Origin: Intoshia linei | Taxonomy: Eukaryota; Animalia; Orthonectida | Reading direction: 5' to 3' | DNA length: 64,000 nucleotides | Assembly (NCBI GenBank): GCA_001642005.1 | Contig: LWCA01000037.1 | Location: 7,257 to 71,256 of the forward strand | Part shown: positions 49,228-61,353 of the stretch, piece after piece | Layout of the letters: the number at the start of each line of letters is the position of its first letter | Numbering within the stretch: the stretch's first letter is position 1 | Notes under the pieces: generated by a model | What the model saw: the letters and a program-made list of their open reading frames with translations, nothing else | What the model was told of the DNA's origin: nothing | Databases searched by the model: none | Program-made: the position numbers and the translations under genes

Positions 49228-50723
49228 TCACATCTTTAATCCAAATACTGGGGGATTACACGATTCCTTGAGAATATAATTTCGCTTAGACATTTCTACA
49301 ATCAACTGTAATATATTCCGACAATCGTCTGTTCAATTTAATTAGTAGCCATATAATATATTCAATACCGATTCCACTGTGTTTACGGCCGAAATGAGTC
49401 AACTTAAAATAGAGAAGCATTTCTTCCAAGCCATTCGACGGCCATTTATGCGTCAAGTTGCAAAATTCCTATATTTTAATTAATATTTAATTTGCAATTC
49501 GACGCCAAAGCTAGCTATATATATAGTGCATAGACACTACAAATCCAATTTTGGATTTTTTATGGATGGTAAAATCCTTACTTATAAAATAATTTAGCTA
49601 AAAATGTAAAATGTCATTTATTTACGAAAGTAAGAAGGTAAGAGTTTTAAAACACCAATTTTCAAGACAGTTTTTCATGGGTCTTGTTTTATTTTTATAA
49701 ATTGACTCATTCAGAGTAAAACCTAAATTACCCCTTTTTTTTTAATAAAATGAGTCCTAGAATGTTACAAAACATTGATTCTGGGATAGTTTTTAAAATC
49801 TCAAATTAATCGAAAATATCAAACTCAGAAACTTAAATCTTCGTGATCACCACAAATGAACCCGTAAATTAATTTTTTTTTAAAAAAATGAAAATTTCAG
49901 AATATTATAAAACATAATTCTAGAATAGTTTTTAAAATCATGAGCATTATCATAAATCGCAACCTCAGAAACTTGCATTTTCACGATCAGAAGCAAGATT
50001 CCTTTTTTTAAAAATAAAATGAATCATAGAATGTTACAAAACTTTGATTCTGAAAGAGTTTTTAAGTTTGAGTTTTTTAGGGCGAGGGTGATGCCACAGA
50101 TTCAACGAGTTAATCACCTCTTTGATATTAATCCATTTGGAAAAATAATTTGGAATTTCCATATTTAAAAATTGGCATTGTTTTTTTAACCTAAAATAAA
50201 AAATAAAAATTGACAAAAACCATAAATACGCAATATTTAAATCCCAATTGCCACATGTAATAAAAACAGTGTTGTCTACACTTAAATTATTTGATTCGTA
50301 CCATTTTTGAAATTTCTAATAATAAAATGATATAAATAACCCAGAAAAAAAACCTGCATTACGACTGGAAACTCGTCTTCGTTTTTTAGTTTATTAGGGT
50401 GAATTCCAGTCAACTAAAATAAAGGAATTACAAATGTAAACTATTGTAAAAATGACAAAAAAATCTTTACTTGAGTGCAAAAACTGGTAAGTTTCGTATT
50501 TACTGTTGGTCTAACAAATTCATGAAAAATACTACATTGTTTCAGAGTCTCTTTTTCAATTAAAATGGTGGGGAATTCTATAATTTCCTTCAAAAATTTA
50601 AAATTTAATACACGATAATACCAAAGGTTCAGGTTGTATCAATTTGTCGCAATTTGCTTCGAAATCAAGGATAATGTAGTATTTTAATCGATTCACATAT
50701 GAAGATAATTTGATAAAATTCAT
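49228..50723 (-). CDS. ERI3: ERI1-family 3'-5' exoribonuclease 3 (DEDDh)
   Basis: YYIILDFEANCD..|EIIEFP..FHEFVRPTVNTKLTSFCTQ|LTGI..|..QCQFLNMEIPNYFSKWINIKE|..WPSNGLEEML..FGRKHSGI|DDCRNI. Confidence 0.9.
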
Positions 50724-50830
50724 TATAATTAAAGTGTAAATTAATAATTTAGATATTTAACTGAAAGGTTAGTTTATTTTAAAGTTTTTTAAAAATAAAG
50801 TCACATTTTAATTGGTAAAATTTAAATTTA

Positions 50831-51645
50831 ATGTATCAATTGACTCACGAAGAATTTCTGAGAGATGAAACTGACAAATTTATACTCAATGAAACACCAT
50901 TTGATAGAATCAAATTTATATGGAATAATGGAACATTTAGACAAAAAAATGATTCTTTACCAAAAATATTAACTTTGGCAAATATAACCGGTTTTAGTTT
51001 TTTAACATGCAATTTTATGTCTGGAGCGTTGATTGGTGCATTAAATGCACTAAAATGCTCAAAAGCTAAAAATAGATACACAGCATATCCGTCAATTATT
51101 GCCGCACAAGTAACGTTTTTGAACTTTTTTAAACACTTATACAATTATTCATTTTAGCGAGTACATTTCTTGTCCATGGGTAAAATGGCACTTGTCAGAG
51201 GGATGCAAAATTGTCTAAGTACTGCACCTTTTATTGGACTTAGTTTGTACGGTATTGATGAATCTAACTAAACACTTTTAGATTCGTTTGGTTACACTGT
51301 ATGACATATTCTAATCAACTAAGCATTCACCAATTTCCCATTTCTACAGGTTCAAATATTTTTTGTAATATGGAATGACAAAATAACATAAACATGTAGC
51401 CATTGCTGGAATGGCAACTAAATGGCACCGTGGATTTAAAGGATCTTTAGGCGGAGCTTTGATCGGTTTGACGTTAGGGTAAGTAAAAACAAATTATCAA
51501 TTTATAAATACTAAACATTAGCCTAATTACAACTCCAATCATTTCCTTGTCTGCTTATATGACTGGGTTTGATGTAGCTCAATACCATTATCAGGATATT
51601 TACAAAATAATTGAACATGATAATTGGCACCATAAAAAAATTTAA
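50831..51645 (+). CDS. TIMMDC1: Tim17-family complex I assembly factor
   Basis: NETPFDRIK.., TAYPSIIAAQ|R.., KWHRGFKGSLGGALIGLTLG. Five exons separated by mini-introns. Confidence 0.75.
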
Positions 51646-51675
51646 TTTATTCTTTATTAAACTTTTTTCGTTACA

Positions 51676-54600
51676 TTACATTTTTTTTCGCGTTCTGCGA
51701 CCCGGCATTTTTGCTTTTTCAAATATTACTTCTTCTCTGTGATAATTTTGAGGGTTAATTTCTTGTAATATGTTGGTAATATTGAGTCCATCCGGACCAT
51801 CTACTTCAATCTAATTTATTCCAATTAAAATTAAAAAAATACATGAAAATGTATTTTGTACAATGTTCATTTAAGATTTCAACGACTTGGGTATAAAAAA
51901 CTTCCCTTAAAAAACCTTACCAAATTTGGCACCAACTTATTTTCAAAATGGTTAAAAATTGGGTAAAAAAACTTCGCTTAAAAAACCTTATCAAAATTTG
52001 GTCTCAAAATTATATTTAAAATATTGAACGGATTTTTTTTTTTTTGCCAAATTTTTAAAGATTTTTATGATCATTTTTCTACCAAAATTTTTTCATCCAA
52101 TTTTTAAAGGTTGGGTGGTCTTGATATCTTGATTTTTAAAAATTTTTAGTGAAAAAAACTTACCTTAAAACCCCTATCAAATTTTGGTCCCAAAATTATC
52201 TTCAAAATCTTTAAAAATTGGGGTTCCCTATCAGATCATCATTAATCATTTTATAATAAAGTTATTTCATCACCAATCATCTCATCAGTAATTCATATTA
52301 TCAGTTTCATTCTCATCAGTAATTTTAATACATTTTCGATTTTAAATTCATTTTATATATATTTTTAATTTCTTTTGATCTCACAATCTGTATTGTTATC
52401 GACAAGATTAACATTATTTTTCAATTAAAAATAATCCTTTTCAAATTTGTTGTTATTTAAGTATTATCTTTGGAAGTGTGATCTTGTTTATAATTCGAGC
52501 TGAATATACATTTGAATACTACTTATTTTTGTATAATTAGGAATAAATACATTTTTTCTCAGAAATCAACAACAGATATATAAAGTTGTCCAGTTTTGAA
52601 TGAACAATATAATATTTGGAACAAATTAAATTTTATCAACATAACATATAATTAATTAAATTAATATAAATCATAAAGATTAAAATATTTATTCAAAATT
52701 AAGAGATATACCCTGAAGATTTTCTACATTATCAAATAAATTTAATACATTTTGCTCAGCTAAAATATGTTCCTTTTTTTCTTGAAAAGATTCTACCACC
52801 AATATATAAAATATGTCATAATCAATTAAATTTAATNTTTTCAAATTTGTTGTTAAGTATTATCTTTGGAAGTGTGATCTTGTTTATAATTCGAGCTGAA
52901 ATACATTTGAATATTGCTTATTTTTGTATAATTAGGAATAAATACATTTTTTCTCAGAAATCGACAACAGATAGGTGAAGTTGTCCAGTTTTGAATGAAC
53001 AATATAATATTTGAAACAAATTAAATTAATATAAATCATAAAGATTAAAATATTTATTCAAAATTAAGAGATATACCCTGAAGATTTTCTAGTAATGTTC
53101 TATTTTCTACATTATCAAATAAATTTAATATATTTTGCTCAGCCAAAATGTTCCTTTTTTTTTCTTGGAAAGATTCTACAACCAATATATAAAATATGTC
53201 ATAATCAATTAAATTTAATACTAATTATATCTAATATTAATCTTAAATTACAAATTATTAAAACAATTGACATAAAACTGATGACAAAATACTGATAATA
53301 CGAATTACTGATGAAACGATTGCTGATGAAATAATTTTATTATGAAATGATTGCTGATGACACGATTACTGATAATGTGAATAAGCACGAAAAATTGGGT
53401 ATAAAAAACTTCCCTTAAAAAACCTTACCAAATCTTGGCACCAACTTATTTTCAAAATCTTTAAAAATTGTGTGAAAAAAGCTTCCCTTAAAAACGCTAT
53501 CGAATTTTGGTCCATAAATTATTTTCAAAATGGTTAAAAATTGGGTGAAAAAACCAATAACATAATTGATTAGCAAAATCTATGATTATATCGCTCTAAG
53601 ATATATCGCTCAACTGAATGTTCGCCACAATGTACATTGTACATTTATTTATTTTGTAAATTACATTTTTGAAAATTTCCACGTCAAATTTTTTTATATA
53701 GTTGACTATTGCAGATCGAGATGAGGCGTATATCATTCTGTCTTTAATTTTACAGCCACTTTCAGGGAGGGTGTATATAAAAACTAAATGAATTAAAATA
53801 AAATTGATTAAATTTAAATTTTTTTAAGAGTATTGGATTAGGGTGTTTAAAAGGTGGCCTATAAAAAAATACCAATTTTGTTTTCTGACGGGATATTAAA
53901 TAAATGATATCTAGGTTCATCCTGGTCGTATTGATTTATCAATTGATCGAAATCAATTTTTTTGTGGCAATCAAAAACGAAACGTTCATCTTTTATTTTC
54001 TATCATTACATTTAATTATAAATACACGACTTTTAAACTCACCATTCTTAGGTAATTGTATTTTGATTTATTGAAAGATTTTATGTTTGTTGAAAGAATA
54101 TCATCAATAGGAAATTCTATTGCTCCACTAGATACAGAAACCAATTTTTGATTCATCAACATTGTCTAATTATATTATAGTTTACTAGTTAGTTTGTTAT
54201 TTATTGATAGTTTAATAAACAAAAATTACTGTCTGATGATTGACTTCCTGGAGTGAAATTTCTGCTTGAGTCAATGGAGGTGGTATTGTTGAATCCGAGT
54301 AATTGCGATAAGCCGAGAACTCAAGATCTTTCTAAAAGTCAATAAAAAACAGTCGGTAATAAAAAACTTTTGAGTAAACGTTATACTCTTTAATGGATTC
54401 ATTAATTTCTCTCTTTAGAGTCGATCTTGTTCCAGCATAAAGCATTTTATGACGTACCTAATAAGATAATCATCGTAGAGGTTAACATTATACCGAGCTG
54501 GTCTCCGGAATGTACATAATAAAAAGCCAATATGTGTCGCAATGAAAAAGAATATACAAAGGTTCAGTTGAATCGCCGTGTAATGTGATAAATTCTTGGT

Positions 54601-54837
54601 AATCCGACTTGACGTCCGCATTTTTCACATGGTTCGAAATCAAACAAAGTTCAACTAGACAGTCATGATTAATGATATTTACATTAAAAAGTATATTACC
54701 GTCTTGTATATTCATTAAAATGCATCTATATAATGATTTCTTAGCCAAAATATCTTTTACTTCTCTAGTAACTAAATTTCATGAATAAATAAATAATTAA
54801 AAATTAATTAACTCTTTATTCCGGTTGAGTGAGACAT
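51676..54837 (-). CDS. TWF: Twinfilin (two ADF-H domains plus basic tail)
   Basis: MSHSTGI..VRHKMLYAGTRSTLK..PPPLTQAE..EPRYHLF..VFIYTLP..KDRMIYASSR..IEVD..FEKAKMPGRR. Confidence 0.92.
52222..53389. mobile_element. Mutator-like MITE with long TIRs in a twinfilin intron (internal duplication at N 52837)
   Basis: ~70 bp imperfect inverted repeats built of TCATCAG units. The direct flank AAAAATTGG(G) on both sides gives a 9-10 bp TSD. It is inserted in a ~70 bp tandem repeat (51890-52220, 53390-53550). Confidence 0.7.
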
Positions 54838-54983
54838 TTTATAATTATTATGTCGAATATAATTATATTACATGTACAAAAGTAAATACTAAACAACAAT
54901 TCTATGGTTATCTCAATAAATAGACCAAAATCAATAAATAATATTAATTTTAATAAATAAAAATTGTATAATTGTTATACAGA

Positions 54984-56048
54984 TTAAGTTATCACTGATT
55001 CACCAGATTGTTGCAATGCAACATTGGAATGATCTTGTGAGTTGTAGACATTTATATTCCGTCGTATAGATTCGGCCATATCGATGTAATTAATTCGTTG
55101 AGAATAGAAATTTATAAATTCTCCATTTGGAGACATGAGAAATGAAATTATAGAATGGTCCACAATATAATCATTGTCAGCATCTTTCATACCAGGACTA
55201 TAGTATATTCGATAAGCCTTGGCAATCTAAATAATTGAAATTAATGAGGACGTACCGATAAAAATAACCTTTTTAATAGTTTCCGGTGTGTCTGTAGTTA
55301 ATCCAACAAATTTATTTGAAAATTCAGCCAAGTATTCGTTAATCACTTGGCAGTTGTCACGTTCTGGATCAACTGTTATAAAAATAGGTGTTATTTTCAA
55401 AGGACCAAACTGATTATATCCCTGAATTTTGTCAATCTTCATAATAAACCATTTCTTAATACTTTCAGTAATTGAAAGCTTAACGGTTACATCTTTGTCC
55501 TCTTCGTATTCATCATCTTCATCCCTAACAACAATACTTGGAGTTTGATCTAATACGTCTATAGCTTTAACAATCTTATCAAGTTCAGATGGACATACAT
55601 CTGGACATTTTGTAAAACCAAAATATACCAACGTCCATTGACCAAGAAAATCTTTATCTGTCATTAATTTGCCCGTTTTTGTATTAATAAGTTCGAATGG
55701 ACCGCCAATATCAGCACTACCTACATTAGCCATATTCTGCATGGTTTGATATCGATCTTCCAAAGCCACATTGATAAAGTATGCTAGAGTACAGAATGTA
55801 CCACCCATACACAAAATAAATAAATATAGCTTCCATCCTAAATATGATTTACTCAATTCATTTTGATTACGTAAATGCCTCAATTGGATCAATTTAAAAT
55901 TATTTGATTTTTTTGTAATTAACTTGGTATTTGATAGTGTATTCATTCGACAGTATGTTCTTGAGAGTAATGGACAAGTCAAGGCTTTTGAAAAACCATT
56001 TCTCAAAAAACACGAATGGACGTTTCGCGATGTCAAAATTTTTAGCAT
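54984..56048 (-). CDS. SCO1: SCO1/SCO2 cytochrome c oxidase copper chaperone
   Basis: Mitochondrial presequence, TM segment, IGGPFEL, YFGFTKCPDVCP, FITVDPERD, YIVDHS. Intron at 55227-55268. Confidence 0.93.
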
Positions 56049-56099
56049 TGAAGAAACTTTATTAAAATTATGATTTAATTCAAATTAATTACAAATATT

Positions 56100-56395
56100 G
56101 TTGGATAATCTTTACTACATACAAAAATTTTATCCAGGTCCAGAAACAATACTGGTTTATCGTCCTCGGTTCTAAACATTTTCAAAACATAATCTAATCA
56201 AAGTTATGTTTTAAATTCTCGTCAGAGTTTCGTTTGCTCTTATATTAAATGCTTTATATTGTCAAAATTCCGTCATTTTTTGACTAACGTGTGCCATTGT
56301 GTATATAACATTAAAGAGCATCGTTTGATCTAAACATTTTCAAAGCATAATTTTATCAAAGTTATGTTTTAAATTCTCGTCAGAGCCTCGTCTGC
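56100..56395 (-). pseudogene. Partial duplicate of the phosphatase 5' region and its upstream repeat units
   Basis: 56100-56174 copies 56976-57048 with DLDET changed to DLDKI. The ~145 bp unit AACATTTTCAAAACATAATCTAATCAAAG.. occurs at ~56175, 56333, 57225 and 57369. Confidence 0.65.
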
Positions 56396-56524
56396 TCGCT
56401 TTCGCGACCCAGGATGCACGACGTGGACGTGAGGTTGACTTGACTTAACAATTGTAAGCCCTTGCACCTCTACGGAAACTGAAAAAAAAAAAAAAATCAG
56501 TTTCCGCTTCACTAAAAATATTAC

Positions 56525-57047
56525 CTATTCGACAACTTCCTGAACACACTGATGAATAAAATCCTGAAAGTTTTTGTAATGGGACAATTCCATCAAAATC
56601 TTTCCCAAATTCATCAACGTGTGATCTGAAAGGCTGCCATTAAAAGCCTTGACCATTATCAGATTCCTTGGCTAAAATTTCAATAAGATTAATAATTTAA
56701 AATATTTGCTTGATTTCTTCCGTTGCATTTTTTGTCATCTACCAAAACAGTTTTCTCCAGGTTTGAAGAAAACTTATCCAGATTTTTGACAGGGTCCTGA
56801 CGCAGCATGTCACAATGTTCCCTCGAATAAATCTCTGAAAAGAACATCTTTCTTGGATCAAGTAGCTTTGCAACTTCCATAACATAACTCTTTTTTCCGT
56901 GAGAAAAAATGTTCATTTTGTATGTAGTAGACATTAACCTCAAAAAATGTCGGATACCAGGTCTAACAATTATCGTTGGATAATCTTTACTACATACCAA
57001 AGTTTCATCTAGGTCCAGAAACAATACTGGTCTATCGTCCTCGGTTC
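56525..57047 (-). CDS. FCP1/SCP (CTDSP-like) HAD phosphatase domain; 5' exons unresolved
   Basis: FLDLDETLV, RPG, IFSHG..YV..V..LDP, REHC, KNL, VLVDD; last exon PRNLIMVKAF..EVVE*. Confidence 0.75.
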
Positions 57048-60000
57048 TATTTAAAATTGATTAGATATGATTAGAAAGATAATTACGTGATCAAATTTTC
57101 ACTTTTATCAGAGTTTATAAAATCATGCATCATTCATTTAATTTTATGTATTGTGAAAATTCCGCCATATAATAACTATCCAATGTTATTGTGTATCTAA
57201 CGTTAAACGGCATCTTTTGATCTAAACATTTTTAAAACATAATCTAATCAAAGTTATGTTTTAAATTATCGTCAGAGTCTTGTCTGCTCTTATATTGTGA
57301 AAATTCCGCCATTTTTTGACTAACGTGTGCCATTGTCTATATAATGTTAAATCGCATCTTTTCATCTAAACATTTTCAAAACATAATCTAATGAAATTTA
57401 TTTTTTAAATTCTCGTCAGAGTCTCGTCTGTTCTTATATTAACTGTCAATACATTCAACAATATTGACTGAACATATAAAAAAAAAATAGAAATTAAGTA
57501 AGGTTTATACAAACGATTCACTTTGAAACAATCACAATATCTTTTACTACCGAGATTCCAAATTATTTTTATAAATTCGTATATCCTATCACATATATAT
57601 TTTTGTGATCTTTAATTGTTGTATTCGATCTGGTTTTATCGTTATAGCACAGCTATCTCTGGTTCCATGTAATTACGTCGCATTTAATCCAATGTTCACA
57701 ATGTTACAAACTTGAATACCACTGTATCGGATTTCGTGATTATTAATTTTTTTTATATTGTAAGTTTTTATAGATTGAGTTATTTGTTATATTTGGATTT
57801 GAGTGATATAATTATATATATATTTATTTTTCTATATTTATGTATTATGCATCTATTTTAAAATTTTTAGAATTAATTTCATTAGCATTTTCTATAATAT
57901 ATTAATATTTCTGCGATAACTGATAAATATTTATTATTATCTTTAAAATCTTTTATTTTAGTGATGATTTCCAAAGCAAGATTAAATATGCAAGTAATGA
58001 GGTTGAAATTTATGATAATGCTTATGATTTGTATACTTTATAAAATAGTCCATAATTTGTGTTTTTTATATTTAGAGGACTTTTTTTATTTAAAAAAAAT
58101 TGTATGATGGGTTATTCATTTCAGCGTGAATCTACCAATTTGGTCATTTTACATGTATCATACTTTGTGCACCATAAAATCTCACTTTGAATTTAATTTT
58201 GAAATTATTGGACTTTCAGTTACACAAAAACAGACACAGATTTTTAGCAACTTGAACTTTATGTAAGTAAGGATGACAGTTTTTCCTAATTTTTTGTTTT
58301 TTACCTTTGTTTAATAATTTATAAGTAATATTGTAAACTACATTTTACATTTTAATTATTTCTAGAATTTCTAGACTTTTTAGAAAAATTTCTTAAACCA
58401 GAGGTCACTACAATAATAGGGTCCCTGTTTTAATTTGGAATTTGAAATATTTTCAGTCGATGAAATATTTTGATATTTTTGTAATTATTAAGGGAATATT
58501 GATTTAGAAAGAAACGTGGATTGAGCATTACACATAATTCAAGATTTGAAATTGCACAATGAATCGAATATTATGATTCATCAAATTAAAATTAAATGAT
58601 TTAAACCTATATTCAGTTGTAAAGAGTAATTTCTACTTAGGCATTTTAAAATATAATTATGCATGTAATTGAAAACGAGTGCAATTTCGTTATTTATTAA
58701 AAATTGGCTTTTGTCGCTTTTTAAGTATAACGTATATTCCGTTAATCCACTTTATTATCATAACCTTGTCTAATATATTATTCCAAGGACAGAAACACAA
58801 TTTGTGATAATTTGAGAACGACCTTGGCTTATTGATTCTTGGTGATACTGCAAATGCTTGCCAAATATATTGATAAGTTAATTAATTAATTTCTTTGCGA
58901 TTCTTAAAAAATATTACATCTCTGTCTTAGCTTATCATTTTTTCTTAGGGGTGGGTGAAAGTGGATTTTTTAATGAGAGTAGGTAAAAGTGAATTTTGGA
59001 ATGATGGATATTGAAAACATTTAAAATTATAGAAAATTCTTCACTTTGACTTATAGAAATGACAAAATGACGGTTTGAGTCATTCTTCAGATTGAATGAA
59101 ACTCCAAACAGACGGTAACATATAGATTAATCTTTTTAGTGATTTTTTTGCAAAATATCACTTTAGGTCGGAAAAAGTAAAAATTTCCCATACCGAATGG
59201 GTACTAACATACATTTCGTTGTGAAGCTATATGAGTTAAGGGAAAGTTAAGTTAAAAAAAGACAAGAGAGATAGATAAAGAGTATATTAATACATGTACC
59301 AATAAGTCAAATGTAATGAATTTGCCATAATTAAACGATAAATTGAAAGCGACGAATGCTCTCAAAGTAAGACGTAATTCATAATGAATTTTTCGCTCTC
59401 CTTGATAAAATCTTCGCTAAACTGAACACCCATTTTTTGCACTACCTTTGGACCTTTTTTATTACATTATTTGATTTGACGCATAAAACAAAAAATGACT
59501 TTCAAATAATATTTACACAACAAAGAAAATCTGCATTATTATTAATAAACCGAAAAAAGTATCCTGATAAACCCTTGAATGATAATTTTCCTAAAATTCG
59601 CATTTTTTTCAAATATAAGATTGCTAAATTTGAAACCCGTTGTTTTTCATGAATGGATTGATAAATTTAATTTTATATTTTTAACGTTTGATTCGCTATT
59701 CAAATAATAATCAACCCTGCTTATTTCCGTAAAGGTTTTTTAAACCCTTATGGTAACCCTAAAAATATTTCACTATTGGCATATTATATATATCAATTTT
59801 CATTATATTTTCGAATAAATTAACAAAATGATTCTAAAGTTGTACTCACAGAATTTTCAATTTTCAAATTGATATATAACATAGATTAATGTGTTGTATA
59901 CTAGTATGTACATGTAAATAAATCTTGAACGAGAAATGTGACCTCTAAAAAGGTATAAATTTCAGTTTAACATTATAGTAAATACGATCAACAGACTAGC

Positions 60001-60170
60001 GTTCCAGTGCCATTAATATAATGCTCTGAACTATGAAAAGTAAGGTTACAACGTAATATTGTAAATAATTTAAATACGTGTATGACTACTATGTTTAGTA
60101 TAAAGTTTACATAGTATATATTATATTATTTTATAAATATTTGCACTATTTTCATATAAATTTTTATAGT

Positions 60171-61046
60171 ATGGAAAACTTGCTTATCAATATTAAAAAG
60201 GCGTATTCGAAAGACAAAGTTGATGTGGAGTATGTAAAAAATATTCTATGTGAATATCAATCAGACGAAAAAGATTGGTCGCAATACTGTCTATTTGAAA
60301 AATCTTGGTATATCCATAATTTGACCTTTAATATAGTTTTTAGCTCATTCTTGATTATATATTTAATTTTACGGTAACACTTGAATTTTTCGGTAGTTCC
60401 ATGATTGAAAAATGTAATAGTTGTCAATCATCATTAAATTTATTTTACCATTCTTAGTGGTGTAAAATTAAATATTAATGTATAAACCTATACCGATTTG
60501 CACATTTGTGCCGGACGTTGGATAATTTAGTGATTTAGTTACACGCGGAATCTAATTGATTCTGGAAATGAGAAATATAACGTAATGATTTTATGTTGGG
60601 ATAAGTCTACAGAAAGTTGTATTCACAGCCATTCTGGTGCTCACTGTTTTGTCAAAGTGTTGCAGGGGGAGATAGAAGAATCTATATTCGGTTGGCCAAT
60701 GGAAAAGCAGGATATGTGCATACCGAGCAAACAAACGGAAAAAAATGAAAATTTTGACCCTTCGAAATTAAAGATGTTAATGAATACCAAGCTGTGCACC
60801 AACAATATTGCATACATTAACGGTAAATTATACAAATCTATTTAACAGCTCTATTTAGATGACATTGGAATACATAGTATGAAAAACGCATCAGACGATA
60901 AATATGTAACCACTCTACACATATATTCACCCCCATTTCAGCAATGTCACACATTTGACCCTGTGATAGGTAAATGCAAGCTCGTTTCGATGAACTTCAA
61001 TTCAATGCATAGAGATTTATGCAATCATAATAATCAAGCACATTAA
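60171..61046 (+). CDS. CDO1: Cysteine dioxygenase type 1 (3 exons)
   Basis: [23 protein letters not shown] (His/His/Cys), AYIND|[14 protein letters not shown]. Confidence 0.93.
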
Positions 61047-61353
61047 ATAAATCTTTAATAGAATATTAAATAATACATATTAAAGTTTAATTTTATTCCG
61101 TTTTTCCGTTTCATAAATCAAATGGCATTTGTCCTTTTCCCATTTCTTTAAATACTTTTTTTTTTCTACATCAAGTTTTTTTATTAGGGTACTCAGATTA
61201 GTTTGGTGAAAGCATATTATCCGTTTTGCATTTTTGAGAGAATGAGATTCCGTATTGTTTATCAAATTTAAATCAAAAAAAAGATTGGAAATATTGCCCA
61301 TGTAAATATGAAATCACATGTGTTTTATCGATTTTTCAATTGTGTTTAATAAA

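Noticed and set aside
52438-53215. Apparent ~400 bp tandem duplication inside the Mutator-like element
   Set aside because: It is centred on the N at 52837, and the second copy matches 37112-37429. This indicates overlapping contig ends or a collapsed repeat.
51676-54040. Twinfilin lacking its second ADF-H domain
   Set aside because: The missing exons are present at ~53873-54000 and ~53665-53784; they are simply below the ORF-track size cutoff.
61080-61301. 73-aa ORF downstream of GTPBP2
   Set aside because: GTPBP2 terminates at 61354 with a family-like C-terminus. The ORF has no recognisable motif and cannot be supported.
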